32,000 nt of DNA from Candidatus Hermodarchaeota archaeon (lineage in GTDB: Archaea; Asgardarchaeota; Heimdallarchaeia; Hodarchaeales; Hodarchaeaceae), in assembly GCA_048886185.1 (NCBI GenBank), contig JBHLKY010000020.1, forward strand, positions 1 to 32,000. The letters are read 5' to 3'. A program made the position numbers and the translations under genes. Numbering within the stretch: the first letter of the stretch is position 1; each line of letters starts with the position of its first letter. The notes below the pieces were generated by a model. It was not told the DNA's origin, made no database searches, and saw only the letters and a list, made by a program, of their open reading frames with translations. Positions 17,800 through 28,532 of this stretch are shown here, one piece after another.

Positions 17800-18495
17800 T
17801 TAACTAATTTTTTGAAGCATTTTAATCTCATTAATGAATTTTCTTGTCTCAGATAATGATAAATCGTACCAATCTTTATATGCATCAGCTACAGCAAAAG
17901 GATATCGATCACGAATATTTAAAACAATTATTTTATCTACATGTGGTTCTAAATGATGTACTGAGCTAATAGGAGCTGTTGGGACAGCAATGGAAATTTC
18001 TTCAGCACCAAGCTTTTTCAGCCATTTTGCTCCTGCTAGTACTGAAAAACCAGAGGCAATTCCATCATCTGTTATCAATACTTTCTTACCATATACTTTT
18101 GGTTGTTTCTTTAATTGAAGCAATTCTCTTCGTTTTTTCTCAACTTCCTGTACTGCTCTTTCTATCTGCTGCTCTAACTGAAAATTTGTTAAAGACAGAC
18201 GAGAGACAATGTCCTCATTCAGGAATATTTGGCCATCAGGTGTGATTGCTCCCATACCTGCTTCTGTACTTCCTGGGATCTGAATTTTTCGTATTATTAA
18301 GAGATCGAATGGTTTTTTGGCTGGTATTAAGGGGAATTCTAACAAACCCAATCCGACTGGAACACCACCATTTGGGATAATATAAAGAACATCGAAGTCC
18401 TCTAATGTGACAAAAGATCCAAGTAAGAAGCCAGCACGTCTCCGAGAATGAAAGATATAGTATTTATTTCTTAATTCTTTATTTTCTATAATCAT
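17800..18495 (-). CDS. Type I phosphoribosyltransferase (predicted, substrate unknown)
   Basis: Motifs IPNGGVPVG, RKIQIPG..EAGMGAI and the PRPP loop VLITDDGIASG. Confidence 0.88.
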   Translation of the reverse strand: MIIENKELRNKYYIFHSRRRAGFLLGSFVTLEDFDVLYIIPNGGVPVGLGLLEFPLIPAKKPFDLLIIRKIQIPGSTEAGMGAITPDGQIFLNEDIVSRLSLTNFQLEQQIERAVQEVEKKRRELLQLKKQPKVYGKKVLITDDGIASGFSVLAGAKWLKKLGAEEISIAVPTAPISSVHHLEPHVDKIIVLNIRDRYPFAVADAYKDWYDLSLSETRKFINEIKMLQKIS

Positions 18496-18561
18496 TCTCT
18501 TTCATTCCCCATTAGAAATCCCATCTATTATCCAGCGTTAGGAAATAAAGTTAAAGGTAGG

Positions 18562-19497
18562 TTATTTTGATGTTTTTTCTATCCATAATTCAAATAGTTC
18601 CTCGCCTAGATTTCTAAAGCTATCTAAATCTTCTATGATATCAATCCAATTTTTTGGAATCCCTCTTTCTCCCAAGAACGCTCCTGCAATTGCACCTGAC
18701 ATACAGGCTATTGTGTCTGTATCCCCTCCACAGCGTATTGAAGAATGTAGAACTTCGTAAAAATTTGTTCTATTACTTAAAAAATGATATATAGCTGAAG
18801 GAACGGATTCTGGAGCTGTTACATTCACTCCAAGCTGGCTAACTATTCTATCAATAGGAGGAGGAGAACTTAAATAAGTTTCAATTCTTTCAAGTTTTTG
18901 TTGATATACTTTAGATAATTGCAACGTTCTAAGTTGCTCCATAAAATCCAAAACTTCAAAATTTTTTGGATCACTATTAACAGCTAGCGCCACAGCATAA
19001 GATTGGAGAATAGCTCCCTGTCTTCCAAGTGTGTGAAAATGTGTGATCATTGATACTTTATCAGCTATTTCTTTTACTTTTTCTAAATCTTTGTGATAAA
19101 GTAAGCCTACTGGCCCAATTCTCATGGCAGCACCATTTCCCAACGACCCCTCACCATAGAAAGCTTCTTTAGCTGGTATATCCCATTGATTTCCATCCTT
19201 TATTTGCATTAAAATGGAAATAGTTCCAGGACCATAGCCTCTAGTATGATCAAAATTACGTACGAAAGTATCTGCCATATCTTGTCCGTTGAACTTCCCT
19301 TTATTACCCAATAAGGATTCCAAAACTCCTTTCATCATTTCACTATCATCAGTGTATCTCCCTCCAACCATCTGAAAATCTTCAACACGGATAGTTTCAT
19401 GAAACGATCCTTCATACTTGGCTCCCCATGAATCGCCTATCACACTTCCCAAGATAGAACCTAGGAATTTATCCTTTATCTGGTTATACTGGTTCAT
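18562..19497 (-). CDS. ADP-ribosylglycohydrolase (DraG/ARH family)
   Basis: Motifs GSVIGDSWG, YTDDSEM, GNGAAMR and GGDTDTIACMSGAIAGA. Confidence 0.93.
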   Translation of the reverse strand: MNQYNQIKDKFLGSILGSVIGDSWGAKYEGSFHETIRVEDFQMVGGRYTDDSEMMKGVLESLLGNKGKFNGQDMADTFVRNFDHTRGYGPGTISILMQIKDGNQWDIPAKEAFYGEGSLGNGAAMRIGPVGLLYHKDLEKVKEIADKVSMITHFHTLGRQGAILQSYAVALAVNSDPKNFEVLDFMEQLRTLQLSKVYQQKLERIETYLSSPPPIDRIVSQLGVNVTAPESVPSAIYHFLSNRTNFYEVLHSSIRCGGDTDTIACMSGAIAGAFLGERGIPKNWIDIIEDLDSFRNLGEELFELWIEKTSK

Positions 19498-21563
19498 TAG
19501 TAAAACCTAGCAAGAATCGCGTTCTTTTGAATAGCTAAAGCCTTTTCTTTCTTTGGATCTTTCTGATGGAACTGATCCAAAATATACTCTAGACTCTCCT
19601 TATCTAGTTCATAAATCTTAGCCACCAACGAATCAATTGTCGCTTGGATATAAGCTCTGTTTAAAAGGGACTGATCTGAACAGCTTGTCCCAAACTGATT
19701 ATTAAGGGTCTCAAATTTAGGAAATAGATCCGCAACGTTTCTTACAATCTCCTGATAGATAATGTCGTGCTTAGATAACCGTGGCACAGGCATATCATAG
19801 ATGAAAAACATGTTCAAATTTGTAGTGACTTTCAGTCGAAGCAAATAATCGAATACAAAACTATTGAATACTCCACACAAATATAATAAATCGGATTCAC
19901 TGATCAGTCTTCGCCCCTCTGGATCATAAATTTTAGTTACAATTAAAGAATTTCCACAACAAACATTGCGCGGTATGATTGAAGCAATCATTGTTCTTCG
20001 ATTAGTACTCGCAGCGACTGCTCGAAATCCCAAACGATATTCGCTAAAATCTTGGTAATGTGAACCAAACTTAGACATAACATGTTCTTTTAGGATCCAG
20101 TACCTTGGTTCTTTGAACTTATGGGTATATTGCTCAATCATCTTCCCTTCATAGAGTGTAAGCCCTTTTTGTTCTGTGTTAAATAAGCTACTATCGAGTG
20201 AAATATCAAATTCCCTAAAAAAGTTAACCCTCCAAGAGTCAGGGATTGATACTCTTAGAGGAGGGTGCTGGTATAGTTTTTGTGTAAGTTCCACATCTCT
20301 GAATCTCTTGAATTCCAAAATAGACCATGATGAAGGGGATAAACACTTAATTATTTCCCATTCAATCGAAATTGTCTTACTATCAATTTCTTTAATAATA
20401 TCTGGATCGTGTAACATAAAAGCTGCATCAAATAATCTTGTTTTTCCTTTTTTTCTAAAAATTAAGAGATCAAACTTGAAAGATTTATGAATAGAGTGAA
20501 AAATACCTTTACGATTCTCAAAAGAATATAGTTTACGAACCTCATTTTTTTCGAATAACAACTCTCTTAATCCTTTAGTACCAGCATCAGTATGGAACCC
20601 AGATGGAATTATAACTCCACAATATCCTTGAGGCTTTAATAGGCAATAGATCCTCTCAAGGAACAGTTTATAAAGATTAATATCCCCACTTACCGTTTTC
20701 AACCTGTTACTTCCCAAAATTTTACCAGATTGATATTTGTATTCCTTTCGATAATAATTCTTAGTTATTGAGAATGATTGCTTATATTCTTGCCATTCCA
20801 ATCTGATATCTTCTTTTTCAAGTAATTCATGTATGATTTGTTTCGCCTCTTTTTTATCAACACCATATTTTGTCAATCGAGAATCATATTGAGAAAAAAA
20901 TTCCTTCTCAATTGGTTTATAGATATTCCAAGGAGGATTACCTATACATAAATCAAACCCTTTACTTTCAGTAATTTCAGGAAATTCTACGTTCCAATGG
21001 AAAGTTTTTAACTTAGGAAATTGTTTCTTTTGAAATTTCTTCTTACTTTCTATAGAACCTAGTAGTGAATTGCCACATCGAATGTTTGTACTTATTTTGG
21101 AACTTACATTACTGTCATTATCCTTAATTAACTCCAAAAAGATGGAAAATCTAGTCCTACATTCATCAATCGCAAGAGGAGAGAGATCGACACCATAGAT
21201 ATTTTTCCCAATAATCCATTTTCTTATTTGAAATGAATCCCAATCACAAATATCAATCATAACTAGATAATCATATATTGTTTCTAGTGTTAATATTGCT
21301 TCTAAAAGAAAATGTCCTGTTCCCACTGCAGGATCAAGTATTTTAATGGTTTTTACAACATCCATTAGATATTGCAGTTGTTGCTTGTTTAATTGATTTA
21401 AAATATTCTCAATGTCGCCTTTATATTGAAACTTCGTCCCAAAATGATCATTTACTTTGTCAAGAACATAAGGGAATATTGTATATCGACAAAGATATGT
21501 TGTTATATTTTTTGGGGTATATATAACACCTAAATCCTTGATTTTGAGTGAAGACATCCTCAC
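19497..21563 (-). CDS. Amino (probably N6-adenine) DNA methyltransferase, Eco57I/TaqI-like gamma class with C-terminal target-recognition domain and no evident endonuclease domain
   Basis: Motifs GVIYTP, LDPAVGTGHFL, YGVDL, GNSL, FDLCIGNPPW and later EGKMIEQY. The start is GTG 21563 or ATG 21557. Confidence 0.88.
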   Translation of the reverse strand: MRMSSLKIKDLGVIYTPKNITTYLCRYTIFPYVLDKVNDHFGTKFQYKGDIENILNQLNKQQLQYLMDVVKTIKILDPAVGTGHFLLEAILTLETIYDYLVMIDICDWDSFQIRKWIIGKNIYGVDLSPLAIDECRTRFSIFLELIKDNDSNVSSKISTNIRCGNSLLGSIESKKKFQKKQFPKLKTFHWNVEFPEITESKGFDLCIGNPPWNIYKPIEKEFFSQYDSRLTKYGVDKKEAKQIIHELLEKEDIRLEWQEYKQSFSITKNYYRKEYKYQSGKILGSNRLKTVSGDINLYKLFLERIYCLLKPQGYCGVIIPSGFHTDAGTKGLRELLFEKNEVRKLYSFENRKGIFHSIHKSFKFDLLIFRKKGKTRLFDAAFMLHDPDIIKEIDSKTISIEWEIIKCLSPSSWSILEFKRFRDVELTQKLYQHPPLRVSIPDSWRVNFFREFDISLDSSLFNTEQKGLTLYEGKMIEQYTHKFKEPRYWILKEHVMSKFGSHYQDFSEYRLGFRAVAASTNRRTMIASIIPRNVCCGNSLIVTKIYDPEGRRLISESDLLYLCGVFNSFVFDYLLRLKVTTNLNMFFIYDMPVPRLSKHDIIYQEIVRNVADLFPKFETLNNQFGTSCSDQSLLNRAYIQATIDSLVAKIYELDKESLEYILDQFHQKDPKKEKALAIQKNAILARFY

Positions 21564-21675
21564 CTGTAAAACGCCAATCCGCGATTGTTGGTAATCTATT
21601 TTTATAATATTCTGTTTTGTTCTTAATTGAATATTTTTTGAGGAAAGCTGATAATTTAATCAATATCTAAAAAAT

Positions 21676-24600
21676 GTGTATTACATGATAGTGGATCGTA
21701 AAGCTAGGGATACCTACCAATTTGAAGACTCATTCTTCAACTCTCGGGGTTATGTTAATTTCCCTCACCTACATGACGTTCGGATATTTGTCCAAAAAAT
21801 TAACCAAAAACGAGATCTTATAAATTTCCCAGAAATTGCGGTAAGAGGTAGTGAAATTAACGGTATTGCCCTTGAAACTGAAATTTTTCACCACTTTTTT
21901 AATATCTATCAGAAAGAAACTGATGTCGATTTAATTGAAGAGATTCCGAAATGGTTAAGGGAAAAAATAGGTGCCGAAGAATTAAATGAGACATTAAAAT
22001 CAATGCTAGAGGAATTTCCTTCACCACCTATTTACAATGGTGAAATGGATATTGATACGTATCTAAAAGAAGAAACAGATGGAATTCCCAATGTTTATAT
22101 AACAATTTCATCAATGATCAATCTATGGCTAAGTAATTTTAATCCCGCCTTTTCAAACAACTTGGATCTATTTAATGATTCTGAATTAGAAAAGAAAACC
22201 AAATACTTGCAAATAATTAAGAATATTGAAGAGCTTTTTGATATTTTACCTTCTTTTGGCCCTGAAAACCAGAATTTCATCAAAATGTTACATTCATTAG
22301 CTATTGAGAAACCACATTCTATCAAAGGTCAATTAGAGTATATTAATGAAAAATGGGGATCTTTAATAACCCCATTTCGATTTAAAATACTATTAGCCTT
22401 AGATCTCTTTAATGAGGAAGAGAAATTACGAGGAATAGGCCCAGGAAGAGCTCAAGTCTATGAATACGACTACTTAGACGAAAATTATACACCTGATAAG
22501 GATTGGATGCCAAAAGTTGTTATGATAGCCAAGAATATTTATGTTTGGCTAAATCAACTCTCAAAAAAATACAAAAGGCCCATTCATAAACTCAACCATA
22601 TACCAGATGAAGAATTAGATCAATTTGCGGTATGGGGATTTAATGCATTGTGGCTTATTGGGGTTTGGGAAAGAAGTAGCGCTTCTAAAACAATTAAACG
22701 TTGGTGTGGGAATCCTGAAGCAGAGGCATCTGCATACTCTTTATATGATTATGTCATTGCTCAGGATTTAGGAGGTAATGCTGCTTTAGAGAATTTAAAG
22801 AATCGTGCTTGGAATCGGGGAATCCGCATCTCATCAGATATGGTACCTAATCATACAGGAATCGATTCTAAATGGATGATGGAACATCCAGATTGGTTTA
22901 CTTCGCTTCCATATAACCCATTCCCAGCATACTCCTACAGTGGACAAAGTTTGTCCAATAATCCAAGAATAGGCATTTTCATTGAGGATCATTACTTTTC
23001 ACGAACAGATGCGGCAGTAACGTTCAAATGGGTAAACTATGAGAGTGGAGAGGTGCGATATATTTACCATGGGAATGATGGTACATCAATGGCTTGGAAT
23101 GACACCGCTCAACTTAACTTTCTCCTACCAGAAGTACGAGAAGCAGTTATTCAAACAATATTACATGTAGCTCGAATGTTTCCCATTATTCGATTTGATG
23201 CAGCAATGACTCTGACAAAAAAACATTATCATAGATTGTGGTTCCCTCCGCCTGGAAGTGGAGGGGATATCCCTTCACGGGCTGAGCATGGATTAAGTAA
23301 GCACGATTTTGACAAGGCAATGCCACAGGAATTTTGGCGGGATGTAGTTGATCGAATAAATCAAGAAGCTCCAGATACATTATTACTTGCAGAGGCTTTT
23401 TGGTTACTTGAGGGATTTTTTGTACGAACATTAGGCATGCATCGTGTATATAATTCTGCCTTTATGAACATGCTGAGAGACGAAGATAACGCTAAATATC
23501 GGTCTGTGATTAAGAATACTCTTGAATATGACCCTGAGATTTTGAAGCGATTTGTTAATTTTATGAATAATCCAGATGAAAAAACTGCTGTAGACCAATT
23601 TGGAAAAGGGGATAAGTATTTTGGAATATGCTTGCTTCTGGTTACAATGCCAGGCCTCCCAATGTTCGGTCATGGACAAATTGAGGGATTTGAAGAGAAA
23701 TATGGAATGGAATATCGTCGTGCTTACTGGAATGAGGAAATCGATTATGGTTTCGTTCAGTACCACGAGAAAATTATTTTCCCTTTAATGAAAAAAAGAC
23801 ATCTATTTGCTAAGGTTGAAAATTTCCTTCTATATGATTTCTATACACCAAATGAGGCTGTTAATGAAGATGTTTTCGCTTTTTCAAATCGTTCAGTCAA
23901 TGACCGATCTTTAGTAATATATCACAACAGATTTGCAAATACTAGCGGTTGGATAAAGACTTCAGCTGCCTTTGCATTAAAGAAAGGTGATCAAACACAG
24001 CTTATTCAAAAGAATTTAACCGAGGGATTATTATTGCATCAAGAAGGAGATTTCTTTTGTATTTTCCGAGAGCACATTAAAGGTCTGGAGTATATCCGTA
24101 GTAGTAAAGAAATCTATGAAAAAGGATTGTATTTCAAGTTAGGGGCTTATGAATCAGTAGTTTTACTTGACTTTCGTGAAGTTCAAGATGATGAAAACAA
24201 GCATTATACACTCCTTAATAACTTCTTAATGGGTAGAGGTGTTTCTAATATTGATGAAACTCTTCAAGAGCTAGTTTATCATTCTCTTCACAAAGCATTC
24301 AAGGAAATAGTAAATCCTACAGTCTTTAAAACAATCATAGAAGCAATGAATAAAAATAAATTACCAGAACTTGAGAATATTTTAGATATTATTGATTCAA
24401 AGTTACTCCATCTCCAGAAGGAGGTAGCAGAGTACTCTTCAAGCGATATTACTGATTTAGATTTAAAAAAAGAAATTAGTAATAAGCTTCGCAATCTTAT
24501 CAAAATAAAAACAGTTATTAACAAAGTAACCTATTTATCTGAAATATCGGATGAATTACAGGAATATTTAAAGGAAAGCTTTTCATTTAATCATGATTGG

Positions 24601-25125
24601 AGCCTCATCTTGTCATGGATATTTGTACACTTACTTGGAAAGGTTGCAAATCCTGTTAATTATGAACTTAAAAGCAGGAGCTGGATAGATGAGTGGGGAC
24701 TCGGTAGAATAGTTGAATTATCATTAAAAGAGTTCTATGAGAAACAAACATCTATTATGGAGTCCTTAGTTTTAATAAAAATTCTAACCTCGCATCAAAA
24801 TTGGTATGGACAAGTAAGAGAAACAAAGTACCAAGCTTCTCAAATCATGAGAATTATTATGAGTGATTTGGAGGTTCAATCTTACATCCAAACTAATCGG
24901 TACAAGAATATTCTATGGTTCAATCAAGAATCCTTTGAAAATCTCGTTCAATGGTTATTCAAAATCTCAGTAATAAATTCTTACCCACAGAAAAAAGAAG
25001 AAGATCTTGCACAAAACCTGGAGAATCATTATAGAATTACAAAAATTTGGTTAAGAGCAGCTAAAAACTCTAATTACCAAGTTGAAAAGTTATTCGATAT
25101 TCTTGAGGGGATTGAAATTCTCTGA
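21676..25125 (+). CDS. Large alpha-amylase family (GH13) glycoside hydrolase, 1149 aa
   Basis: Conserved regions DMVPNH (I), IRFDAAM (II), LAEAFW (III) and FMNNPDE (IV). Uncharacterised N- and C-terminal extensions. The start is GTG 21676 or ATG 21685. Confidence 0.85.
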   Translation: MYYMIVDRKARDTYQFEDSFFNSRGYVNFPHLHDVRIFVQKINQKRDLINFPEIAVRGSEINGIALETEIFHHFFNIYQKETDVDLIEEIPKWLREKIGAEELNETLKSMLEEFPSPPIYNGEMDIDTYLKEETDGIPNVYITISSMINLWLSNFNPAFSNNLDLFNDSELEKKTKYLQIIKNIEELFDILPSFGPENQNFIKMLHSLAIEKPHSIKGQLEYINEKWGSLITPFRFKILLALDLFNEEEKLRGIGPGRAQVYEYDYLDENYTPDKDWMPKVVMIAKNIYVWLNQLSKKYKRPIHKLNHIPDEELDQFAVWGFNALWLIGVWERSSASKTIKRWCGNPEAEASAYSLYDYVIAQDLGGNAALENLKNRAWNRGIRISSDMVPNHTGIDSKWMMEHPDWFTSLPYNPFPAYSYSGQSLSNNPRIGIFIEDHYFSRTDAAVTFKWVNYESGEVRYIYHGNDGTSMAWNDTAQLNFLLPEVREAVIQTILHVARMFPIIRFDAAMTLTKKHYHRLWFPPPGSGGDIPSRAEHGLSKHDFDKAMPQEFWRDVVDRINQEAPDTLLLAEAFWLLEGFFVRTLGMHRVYNSAFMNMLRDEDNAKYRSVIKNTLEYDPEILKRFVNFMNNPDEKTAVDQFGKGDKYFGICLLLVTMPGLPMFGHGQIEGFEEKYGMEYRRAYWNEEIDYGFVQYHEKIIFPLMKKRHLFAKVENFLLYDFYTPNEAVNEDVFAFSNRSVNDRSLVIYHNRFANTSGWIKTSAAFALKKGDQTQLIQKNLTEGLLLHQEGDFFCIFREHIKGLEYIRSSKEIYEKGLYFKLGAYESVVLLDFREVQDDENKHYTLLNNFLMGRGVSNIDETLQELVYHSLHKAFKEIVNPTVFKTIIEAMNKNKLPELENILDIIDSKLLHLQKEVAEYSSSDITDLDLKKEISNKLRNLIKIKTVINKVTYLSEISDELQEYLKESFSFNHDWSLILSWIFVHLLGKVANPVNYELKSRSWIDEWGLGRIVELSLKEFYEKQTSIMESLVLIKILTSHQNWYGQVRETKYQASQIMRIIMSDLEVQSYIQTNRYKNILWFNQESFENLVQWLFKISVINSYPQKKEEDLAQNLENHYRITKIWLRAAKNSNYQVEKLFDILEGIEIL

Positions 25126-25161
25126 AAGCTTGATTTCTTTATGCTTATGTAAATCTCGATT

Positions 25162-26142
25162 CTATAGTAGATCTGCTTTTTTTAAATAAAACCATATTGG
25201 AACTATTAAAATTGCACTAAGGATCAAGATTATCCAAAAAGAGAAAGGACTATTTGCCAAAGGCAAAAAACTAAAATCAGACCCTAAATTCATTCCATAC
25301 AAGGAAGCAATAAGAGTAGGAACCATAAGAATTAAACTAATTGAAGCTAATACCTTCAAAAGATCATTTTGATTGTTAGAAATGATAGATGAGAACGCAT
25401 CAAGACTAGATTCAATGAGATCACGGTAAATCCTGAGAAGATCAGCCTGTTGCTGAAGGTCAATTGCTAAATCTTCTAGATCATCAAGAAATTCAGTATG
25501 ATCCTCAAATTGTGGTGCTTTCTTCAAACCATAAAAGGCACGGAGGTTACCTCTTAAGGCAGCATCGAGATAGGTGGCATCTCTCGATAATCGGAATACC
25601 TCTTCAATTGAAGAACTTCTAATTGATTGAAAAATAACCCTTTCGACGTTTTCTAAATCTTGATCTATTATATCCACTTTAAGCTCGAAAGATTTAACCA
25701 CGGTTTCAAGATAATCAAGTAGTACTAGGATAGTTGGTGTGGCCCTTTTTCTACGAGAACCAATCGGTTTTCTAATTCGTTTTGTTCTGAGTTTAGCGCT
25801 CTGAATGGTGATTAAATGATTTTCTGTTAAAAAAACGACTGCTGGTTGTGTTGATGGTGGAAGTTGTTCTTCTTCTTCTCTAAAATTTTCTAATGCAGGA
25901 ACTCGTAAGACAAGTTTGAGAAATGGGGGTTTATAATCAGGTTCTAGTTCCAATCGAGGCCGCTCATCCTCATCTAATGCATCTTCTAAATCTTCATAGG
26001 GAATATGAAAGGTTTGTTGGATCGTATGAAGTTCATCTTTGGTTGGATTAGTGCAAATAAGCCAAGTAGGAATTTTAGGGGTTATTCCTGGAACAAAATC
26101 AGTGTATGTTAACCCACTTTCTAAATCCTTGATTTCTATCAT
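25162..26142 (-). CDS. corA: CorA-family Mg2+/Co2+ transporter
   Basis: C-terminal PTLIASLYGMN signature with two TM helices, and an N-terminal DALDEDERPRLE motif. Confidence 0.93.
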   Translation of the reverse strand: MIEIKDLESGLTYTDFVPGITPKIPTWLICTNPTKDELHTIQQTFHIPYEDLEDALDEDERPRLELEPDYKPPFLKLVLRVPALENFREEEEQLPPSTQPAVVFLTENHLITIQSAKLRTKRIRKPIGSRRKRATPTILVLLDYLETVVKSFELKVDIIDQDLENVERVIFQSIRSSSIEEVFRLSRDATYLDAALRGNLRAFYGLKKAPQFEDHTEFLDDLEDLAIDLQQQADLLRIYRDLIESSLDAFSSIISNNQNDLLKVLASISLILMVPTLIASLYGMNLGSDFSFLPLANSPFSFWIILILSAILIVPIWFYLKKADLL

Positions 26143-26245
26143 GATAAGACCACCAATGTAAAGACCTACAATTCTATGGTTAGTAACAGCGTAAAGACTT
26201 GTGGAATATTCTGTTATATTTTTCTTTACGTTTAGTTCTTATCTA

Positions 26246-27184
26246 CTACATAAGAAGTCTAGGATGAAAAACCTTTAAAGCTTTTTTAATACGGTCAATT
26301 TCATCATTTGATAATTCAAATTCAGTGGAATTCACATTTCCCTCCAATTGAGCTAAATTCTTTGCACCAGGAATTGCTATCACTGATGGATTCTTAATCA
26401 CCCAATTGAGTGCAATTTGAGCCATAGTAGTCTGATGATCCTCAGCAATTTCTCTAATAATAGATAACAATTGCTCTCCACGCTTAAAGTTCCTCTTTGA
26501 AAATAATCTGTTAGTTCGTCGAATACCTTTGGGTGAGTTATCAGCAGAATATTTTCCTGTTAACCATCCTTGAGCGAGAGGACTATAAGCCATTAATGTC
26601 ATTCTTTCTCGTTGGACATATGGAAGAAGATCTTTTGCTGCTTTATTCTTGGCTATGCTATAATTTACTTGATTTACTTGCAATCGATGATTCTGCATTT
26701 TTTTCTGGGCATTCTGCAGCCTCTTCTGATTAAAATTACTCACTCCAATATAGCGAATTAATCCATCATCAGCCATTTTTTCCATTTGATTGAGAACTCG
26801 GCCAATAAACCAAGGAGCAGGCCAATGAATTAAGTATATATCAATATAATCTGTTTGTAGCCTTTTAAGACTCTTATTCAAAGCTCTTACGACAGCAGAG
26901 GACCTGATTGCTGTTGGCATGAATTTAGTCGAAATAATGAGGTTTTCACGATCGTAATCCTTTATTGCTTCACCTATTATTATTTCAGATTTTCCTTGAC
27001 CATATACTTCAGCGGTGTCTATTATATTAATCCCTAATTCTAATGCTTTCTTAACAATTGAAATAGCATCAGCTTTGTTAAAATCAGTACCATAACCCCA
27101 GCTTTTAGATCCGAATTGCCATGTTCCTAATCCAATTTGGGAGGCCTTTACATCTGTGTTTCCTATAACAGAAAATTTCATCAT
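26246..27184 (-). CDS. Aldo/keto reductase
   Basis: Motifs IGLGTWQFG, IDTAEVYG, STK, DIYLIHWP, IGVSNF and AYSPLAQG (D-Y-K-H tetrad present). Confidence 0.93.
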   Translation of the reverse strand: MMKFSVIGNTDVKASQIGLGTWQFGSKSWGYGTDFNKADAISIVKKALELGINIIDTAEVYGQGKSEIIIGEAIKDYDRENLIISTKFMPTAIRSSAVVRALNKSLKRLQTDYIDIYLIHWPAPWFIGRVLNQMEKMADDGLIRYIGVSNFNQKRLQNAQKKMQNHRLQVNQVNYSIAKNKAAKDLLPYVQRERMTLMAYSPLAQGWLTGKYSADNSPKGIRRTNRLFSKRNFKRGEQLLSIIREIAEDHQTTMAQIALNWVIKNPSVIAIPGAKNLAQLEGNVNSTEFELSNDEIDRIKKALKVFHPRLLM

Positions 27185-27387
27185 AACCCATTGGATACTT
27201 TTTGTGATAAACTCTTAAAAATTTAGTTTCAATTATTCGAAATATGATTTAATTGGTTTATAATTCAATGAGAGGTTATTCTAGCTTTTATTTTAAACAT
27301 TTCTGCTTATATTTGAATAAAACTGTGAATTAAAACTCGGTAAACATTGAAATAATCACCATATTATTCTGTGATCCATAATATTTT

Positions 27388-28524
27388 ATGAGGAAAATGA
27401 AAATGAAGTTAAACATCGATCAATTAGAAGCATGGACTAATGCTTTTGGCCCATCAGGCTTTGAACATGAAGTAGCAAAACTCATTAAAGAATATGTCAC
27501 CCAATTTGTTGATGAAGTTTCTCAAGATAAGACAGGTTCAATTATTTTCCGAAAAGGCAATCAAGGGCCTAAAATTATGCTTGCAGGCCATATGGATGAA
27601 ATAGGTTTCATAATAACAGGGATCAATAAGCAAGGGTATCTCACTTTTAATCAACTTGGTGGGTGGTGGGATCAAACTCTTTTAAGTCAGAGAGTTATCA
27701 TAAAAGTACGAGATGGCTCGAAAATCACAGGTATTATTGTTGCTAAACCACCTCATATACTTGATCCTGAAGAAAGGAAAAAAGTCGTGGTTAAAACAAA
27801 GATGTACATTGATGTTGGATGTAAAAGCAAAAAGGAAGTTGAAGCCCTTGGTATTAAAATCGGTGATCCAGCTGTACCTGATAGCAAATTCGAACTATTA
27901 AAACGTACACAGATAACAAAAGAGAAGGACGAGGAAAAAAAGAAAGAAGTAACATTAGCAATGGCCAAAGGTTTTGATGACCGAATAGGTGCTTTTATTG
28001 CAGCGGAAGTTATGCGACGCTTGAAAGAGGAGAATATTGAGCATCCAAACCAGATTTTTGGTGTTGCTACAGTTCAAGAAGAAGTTGGATTACGAGGCGC
28101 TCGTACTGCCGCCCATGTCATCCAACCTGATATTGGATTTGCTTTGGAAGTAGATATTGCTGGAGATGTACCAGAAGTTGAGAAGACCAAAGCTCCATCA
28201 GAAATGTCCAAAGGAGTTTCAATTCTGACTGCAGACGCGTCTATGATACCGAATCCAAGATTAAAACACTTCGTATTAGATATCGCAAAGAAAAAGGGGA
28301 TAACTCATCAACTGTCCATAGTTTTAGGAGGAGGGACTGATGCTGGAATGATTCACATAACAGGTGCAGGTTGTCCTTCTCTAGTGATTAGTGTACCTAC
28401 GAGACACATCCATTCACATAATGGAATATTAGATCTGGGAGACGTGGAAGAAGCAGTGAAACTGCTTGTGGAAGTCGTTAAGAAGCTTGATCAGAAAACT
28501 GTTGAGTCATTCACTCAGATATAA
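27388..28524 (+). CDS. M42-family metallo-aminopeptidase (TET-like)
   Basis: Motifs GHMDEIG, FDDRIG, QEEVGLRGA, GGGTDAG and PTRHIHS. Confidence 0.93.
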   Translation: MRKMKMKLNIDQLEAWTNAFGPSGFEHEVAKLIKEYVTQFVDEVSQDKTGSIIFRKGNQGPKIMLAGHMDEIGFIITGINKQGYLTFNQLGGWWDQTLLSQRVIIKVRDGSKITGIIVAKPPHILDPEERKKVVVKTKMYIDVGCKSKKEVEALGIKIGDPAVPDSKFELLKRTQITKEKDEEKKKEVTLAMAKGFDDRIGAFIAAEVMRRLKEENIEHPNQIFGVATVQEEVGLRGARTAAHVIQPDIGFALEVDIAGDVPEVEKTKAPSEMSKGVSILTADASMIPNPRLKHFVLDIAKKKGITHQLSIVLGGGTDAGMIHITGAGCPSLVISVPTRHIHSHNGILDLGDVEEAVKLLVEVVKKLDQKTVESFTQI

Positions 28525-28532
28525 AAAAAGGA

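Noticed and set aside
19497-21563. BREX PglX or a complete type IIG restriction-modification enzyme
   Set aside because: It is too short, begins at MTase motif X with no PD-(D/E)xK domain, and has no brx/pglZ genes nearby.
21460-21663. 67-aa minus-strand ORF upstream of the large methyltransferase
   Set aside because: It overlaps the MTase in another frame and runs through the divergent promoter region. It shows no endonuclease or HTH (C-protein) motif.
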